From Promethearchaeota archaeon (GTDB lineage Archaea > Asgardarchaeota > Lokiarchaeia > Sigyniarchaeales > SOKP01): 64,000 nucleotides of DNA. Under the pieces are notes generated by a model. The model was given only the letters and a program-made list of their open reading frames with translations. It had not been told where the DNA came from and did not search any database. Positions 59,698 to 64,000 of this stretch are shown here, piece by piece. Position 1 is the stretch's first letter. Every line of letters starts with the position of its first letter. Made by a program: the position numbers and the translations under genes. The stretch is taken from positions 1 through 64,000 of the forward strand of contig SHMW01000004.1 in assembly GCA_008080735.1 (NCBI GenBank), in the 5' to 3' direction.

Positions 59698-59823
59698 AAA
59701 TAATCCTATCAATTCTCCTTCATTAACTTCAAATGATACATCATGGATAATATGGGCATCTCCAAAAGAGACATTTAGTTTATCCACCTCTACGACTGGA
59801 ATAACATTATTTATAGCATTCAT
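59692..59823 (-). pseudogene. Orphan 5' end (43 codons) of the ABC ATP-binding gene
   Basis: MNAINNVIPVVEVDKLNVSFGDAHIIHDVSFEVNEGELIGLFI* matches by eye VDVENLNVFFGDSQIIHNVSFNVKKKELIGLF of the gene starting at 58269; ATG lies 2 nt after the permease stop. Confidence 0.8.
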
Positions 59824-59825
59824 AT

Positions 59826-61067
59826 TTACACTTCATACCTCCGTTTGTAGAATAGAATGAATGTGACTATATTCAATACGATGCTTATCCCAAGAAGGAA
59901 AAAGAAATGAAATCCAAATACAGTCTTTCCTTTTGCCAAAATAGCTTCCACCATCGGACTTCCATGTGTTAATGGCAATATATTCGCAAAGACTCGTAAA
60001 TAGATGGGCATCGATCCTAATGGAACAAAAATACCACTGAGCAAAATAATAACAATGAAAAATGCAAAGAATAACTGATTTGCCTCCGTTTTACTCTTAC
60101 TGAGAGAACTAATGAAAAGACCGAGACTAATTCCAGTGTATCCTAGGATATATATCGCTAGGAACAGCTCAGATAAGGACCCCTTCAAATAAAGACCGCC
60201 AAATATAGAAGCTAAAAGTATGAGAAGAGTTTGTAGAAATAATACTAACGAGTAAGTGATATATTTCGAGATGAGTACTTCTGCTCGTTTTACGGGGGTG
60301 AGTAATAATCGTGCTATGGGTTTTTCTTTCACGATCACTAGAATCGTCAATACATTTGCGATTCCGAAAATCATCAAAGGCAAAATCATAATCAAATTCG
60401 AGTTCAAGCTGGCATTATAATCTGCTGGAATTGAAAACTCTTCATTCGGCTCTAATACAATTTGAGGAGTCAAATTATTCGCTGAGATAAAAAGATTCAC
60501 AGAATCATATATCGCATTCAATATTTTTTGAATATCTGCGATTCGTGAAGAATCTGGTATACACTCGATCGAGGCGGGGAGCTCATATTCAAGCATCTCA
60601 CTAAATTCTAAAGGAACAACAATAATGCATTTTATTTCTCCATGTAATAACATATTTCTAGCAGTTTCCATCGAATATCTTTGTTCGGGGTTTGTGGTAT
60701 TATAAAATGCTATTAGATTCAAAGAGTCTGTCTCATTGACCGCGTTTATGTATGGAATGGTATAATTATCCCATGTGGTTTCTGTATAATTATTATTGGG
60801 ATTAATAAAGGTGTTTGAATCATTTGAGACGATTACTACGGGAAATGCACTTCCATTACCCGCTTCTTGATTCATAAAAGAAAATAACATAATGATTCCA
60901 GGAGGTAATAGTAGCGCGATGACTAAATTCCACGGATCAGTCCGTAATAGTCTAAATTCTTTTTTAATTTGTTTAAAAAGGCGAAATAAGCTGTTCTTCA
61001 AATTTATTATTGTTCTTTTGAAAGAACTCTTTTGATTTTTATCTGTTTTCTGTTCTTTCACCATCAA
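59826..61067 (-). CDS. ABC-2 type permease with a large extracytoplasmic domain
   Basis: IKKEFRLLRTD, RLLLTPVKRAEVLISK, LLSGIFVPLGSMP, LPLTH. Confidence 0.9.
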   Translation of the reverse strand: MMVKEQKTDKNQKSSFKRTIINLKNSLFRLFKQIKKEFRLLRTDPWNLVIALLLPPGIIMLFSFMNQEAGNGSAFPVVIVSNDSNTFINPNNNYTETTWDNYTIPYINAVNETDSLNLIAFYNTTNPEQRYSMETARNMLLHGEIKCIIVVPLEFSEMLEYELPASIECIPDSSRIADIQKILNAIYDSVNLFISANNLTPQIVLEPNEEFSIPADYNASLNSNLIMILPLMIFGIANVLTILVIVKEKPIARLLLTPVKRAEVLISKYITYSLVLFLQTLLILLASIFGGLYLKGSLSELFLAIYILGYTGISLGLFISSLSKSKTEANQLFFAFFIVIILLSGIFVPLGSMPIYLRVFANILPLTHGSPMVEAILAKGKTVFGFHFFFLLGISIVLNIVTFILFYKRRYEV

Positions 61068-62203
61068 ACCTCCACCTTTTTAAACATATATACTATATAA
61101 GCTAATGCATCATATATAAGCGCAATAATTACTACAATCAACAATGAATAGATATCTACGGGCAATCCTTTCAACGTGATTTCCAATACCAATGGTATTG
61201 AATGATACAATGGGAACGAATAAATTATTGCTTGCATAAATACGGGCAAATTATCGGCACTAATAAACTGCCCTGAAAATATTAATATGACAATAAAAAA
61301 CATAATATATAACTGATTTGCTTGTTGATCGGTGCCACTTAGAGACGAAATAAATAGACCTATTGACACCCCAGAAAATCCAATGGCAAGCAGAACTAGA
61401 AATAATTCAAAGAGAGATCCAAGACTATAAAGCCCAAAGAGAGCTGTCGCAACAAAGATTTCCGCTACTTGTATGCTCATTATTGCTGAATTTGCGATAA
61501 GTTTACTTAATATAATTGACCTTTTTGAGGTTGGAGTAATCAGCATTCGAGGTAATGGTCCTTCAGAAACAATTGATAAGCAAGATAAATTCATCGTGGT
61601 TCCAATAATAATTAACGGAATAGTCAGCGCAAATGCGTAGTTCACGACCTGAGCCTCCCAGAATGGTACTTCAAATTCTAAATATGGTATGAAATATGTG
61701 AAATTGGCGGTTTTTCCAATTTTTATTCTAAATTGAGCGATTGGCTCGAACATGGTCACGTTTATAGCACTTACTGCATCTGAATCTGAGCCGTCTATAT
61801 AAAAAATTATTGGAATATCAGTATTATTCTCAACTGTTTCCGAAAAATTTTCGGGAAGGACTAAGAACACATCAATGACTTCATCTTTTAACCATTGGGT
61901 ATAAAATGATTTTGCTTCTTCATATTCTTCTGGATTAGTAACATTACGATAGCCCTTGAATCCAAAAGATGATAAATTACCTTCAAACACATTAATAAAA
62001 TCGTCCGCATATTGGGACGAATTTTCGGGGAAATTCTCATATGTGGGAATACTATCTTTTGAAATAATAGATACATTGAAGAATTCAGTAGGACCCCCTC
62101 CTGAGGTTAACCCGAATACTATAATTAAGATCAGTGGGATTGCAAATAAGAGAATTAGAGTACGCTTATCACTTCGTATTCTCCCAAACTCCTTTCTTAT
62201 CAA
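61064..62203 (-). CDS. ABC-2 type permease with a large extracytoplasmic domain
   Basis: RKEFGRIRSDKRT, RMLITPTSKRSIILSK, FSGQF..NLP, FPLYH; ATGA overlap with the next permease. Confidence 0.9.
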   Translation of the reverse strand: MIRKEFGRIRSDKRTLILLFAIPLILIIVFGLTSGGGPTEFFNVSIISKDSIPTYENFPENSSQYADDFINVFEGNLSSFGFKGYRNVTNPEEYEEAKSFYTQWLKDEVIDVFLVLPENFSETVENNTDIPIIFYIDGSDSDAVSAINVTMFEPIAQFRIKIGKTANFTYFIPYLEFEVPFWEAQVVNYAFALTIPLIIIGTTMNLSCLSIVSEGPLPRMLITPTSKRSIILSKLIANSAIMSIQVAEIFVATALFGLYSLGSLFELFLVLLAIGFSGVSIGLFISSLSGTDQQANQLYIMFFIVILIFSGQFISADNLPVFMQAIIYSFPLYHSIPLVLEITLKGLPVDIYSLLIVVIIALIYDALAYIVYMFKKVEV

Positions 62204-62521
62204 TCCACTTAATTTAATTTTAAATACCTCTGATTTCGTTCTGCTGAAATTTTAAACTTATTCTGATAACAATTATAAAATAAACATAAAAATTTGTTTT
62301 AAAAAATCTATTTTTTTCGAAATTATTCAATTAGATTAGATAGATTAGATAGTCTTGTAATAAAAAGTTGATTCAGACATTACGATAAGATGAATATCTA
62401 ATTACAAAATTACTTGGGATGTTTAGATATTTATGAAGATTGAAGAAACCTATAAATATAAGTTAATCTGAATTAAAACCTAAAAGAGCGACTATTTGGA
62501 AGAAGAATTTTACTTAAGAAT

Positions 62522-63157
62522 ATGAGTTTATTAGAAGAATTAAAAAATAGTGTAATTGAGGGAGAACCTACAAAATCTGCCGAAATTGCAGATCAGATCG
62601 TAAAAAATAAGGGAAATATTCAGGAAGCGATAATCAAGGGACTGAATGCTGCTATGCTTGAAGTTAGCAGATTATATAAATCAAAGGAATATTATTTACC
62701 CGAAATAATAATTGCATCTGATGCATTGTATAGTGCGTTAGAGGTGTTTAAACCACATCTCGAAAAGGTTACATTAAAGAAGAAAGCTGTAGTGGTAATT
62801 GGTGTGGTGCGCGGAGATATTCATGATATTGGAAAAAACCTTACCAAGTTATTTTTGGAAGCCATGGGGTATGAAGTTATTGATTGTGGAAGAAATGTGA
62901 AAGCAGAGACCTTTATTGAGAAAATTCGCGAACATGATGCGGATATTCTCGCTCTTTCAACTCTTATGAATCCAACTCTAGAAAGCATCAGTGAACTTAT
63001 TGAAATTCTTAAAAAAGAGGGTATATACAGCAAATTAACGATATTGATTGGTGGTGCGGCTACGAACGAAGAATTTTCAAAAAAAATCGGGGTAACCTAT
63101 TGTAGAGAGGCTTTTGAAGCTATTGAGGTGTTAGATAGAAAATATGGGGGGAAATAA
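62522..63157 (+). CDS. Corrinoid (B12-binding) methyl-carrier protein, MtaC-like
   Basis: YYLPEII cap domain; GDIHDIGKN; LSTLM; IGGA. Confidence 0.92.
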   Translation: MSLLEELKNSVIEGEPTKSAEIADQIVKNKGNIQEAIIKGLNAAMLEVSRLYKSKEYYLPEIIIASDALYSALEVFKPHLEKVTLKKKAVVVIGVVRGDIHDIGKNLTKLFLEAMGYEVIDCGRNVKAETFIEKIREHDADILALSTLMNPTLESISELIEILKKEGIYSKLTILIGGAATNEEFSKKIGVTYCREAFEAIEVLDRKYGGK

Positions 63158-63160
63158 GAC

Positions 63161-64000
63161 ATGGAATCAATAACAGAAAAGTTAAATACGAACTTTTTTA
63201 AGGGTGTATTGGCGCAGGAGGGCTTTTCGGTTCCGGCTGTACCGATTATACTTGGCTATTCAATTTGGGCTTATTCCCATTATAAAAAAATTCCCGCAGA
63301 AAGAATTATGAGAAATGGAGAATTCCACGCCGCAGCACAATTATATGTTGCAAAAAAATATGAACTCCCGTTTGTGGTTACCTTCACAGATCTCAATCTT
63401 ATTGGAGAAGCATTGGGAGCCCAATTAACTTACTTGCCCGATGTGATTCCTGTTCATGAATCTCCTGCAATTCAAAATTTAGATGAGATAAATAACCTTT
63501 CTCCCGCTAATCCTGAAAAAGATGGAAGATTGCCCGTAATCGTGAAGACCGCCGAAATTTTCAGTGAAAAATTTAAAGCTGATGAACATATTTTAATGGC
63601 TGGATGTGAAGGTCCCGTCACTGCAAGTGGCTCGATTGTAGGGATGGAAAACTTAATGAGAAATATGATTAATCGACCCGAAAAAGTTCACAAGGTGTTA
63701 GATATCGCCTCTCAGAGTATAATCCGCTTTTTAAATGCCCAATTAAAACGAGGAATGGAATTTGTAACACTCGCGGATCCAAGTGCCTCTTGTACTTGTA
63801 TCTCTCCGGAATTCTTTAAGGAATTTGCGCGTCCGTATTATAAAAAGATTGTAAAACAGGTTAATTCCCCTATTTTTATGATTCATATCTGTGGAGAAGT
63901 CCTACCAATCTTAAAAGATCTAATAAGAATTCCAAAGATGATGATTATTAGCGTTGATGATGTCGATATGGCACAGGCTAAAAAAATAATTGGAAATAAA
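63161..64000 (+). CDS. MtaA/CmuA-like methyltransferase (URO-D fold), truncated by the window end
   Basis: EALGA, PEKDGRLP, EGPVT, ADPSAS..ISPEFFKEFARPY, IHICG; follows the corrinoid gene. Confidence 0.85.
   Translation, partial: MESITEKLNTNFFKGVLAQEGFSVPAVPIILGYSIWAYSHYKKIPAERIMRNGEFHAAAQLYVAKKYELPFVVTFTDLNLIGEALGAQLTYLPDVIPVHESPAIQNLDEINNLSPANPEKDGRLPVIVKTAEIFSEKFKADEHILMAGCEGPVTASGSIVGMENLMRNMINRPEKVHKVLDIASQSIIRFLNAQLKRGMEFVTLADPSASCTCISPEFFKEFARPYYKKIVKQVNSPIFMIHICGEVLPILKDLIRIPKMMIISVDDVDMAQAKKIIGNK

Noticed and set aside
58153-59706. The 1545-bp segment as one large BHB intron joining the orphan ATPase 5' end to Walker A
   Set aside because: One register gives a 4-bp helix (TTGA/TTAA) but neither flanking helix forms, and the downstream copy already has its own start.
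62331-62352. TAGAT-type microrepeat in a promoter region
   Set aside because: Too short and irregular; no spacers, so not a CRISPR array.
2063-63033. Numerous short antisense or overlapping ORFs in the ORF track (e.g. 16301-16657, 40189-40617, 53746-54111)
   Set aside because: They shadow well-supported genes and show no independent motifs.
1-64000. tRNA, rRNA, CRISPR arrays, intact transposases or integrases
   Set aside because: None recognised by eye; a covariance-model scan would be needed to exclude small RNAs.

Overview
AT-rich archaeal chromosomal window whose gene content suggests an Asgard archaeon, probably Lokiarchaeia (inference): nuclease-less Hef helicase, longin- and UEV/RWD-like domains, PCI-like winged helices, wHTH-V4R-like regulator, corrinoid/MtaA pair. 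It carries MFS transporters, leuA, a ~15 kb sugar-catabolic cluster built around an uncharacterised glycyl-radical enzyme, a GlcD-like/HdrD-like pair, glpAB, a decaying AT-rich island and an unusual ABC-2 exporter operon. Headline result: two protein-coding genes contain 30-32 nt inserts that fold with their flanks into bulge-helix-bulge (BHB/BHL) splicing-endonuclease motifs and share the hairpin cap TT-AYCTC-AA. Removing the 32-nt insert (57717-57748) at the canonical BHB cut positions rejoins a split ABC ATPase exactly at its Walker B/D-loop (LDEPTT-GVD). The 30-nt insert (40898-40927) is in frame and would be invisible to annotation. These are candidate tRNA-type mini-introns in mRNAs. A second notable feature is a Leu-rich leader peptide with competing RNA pairings upstream of leuA. 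All calls come from reading the sequence by eye; no searches or folding programs were run.
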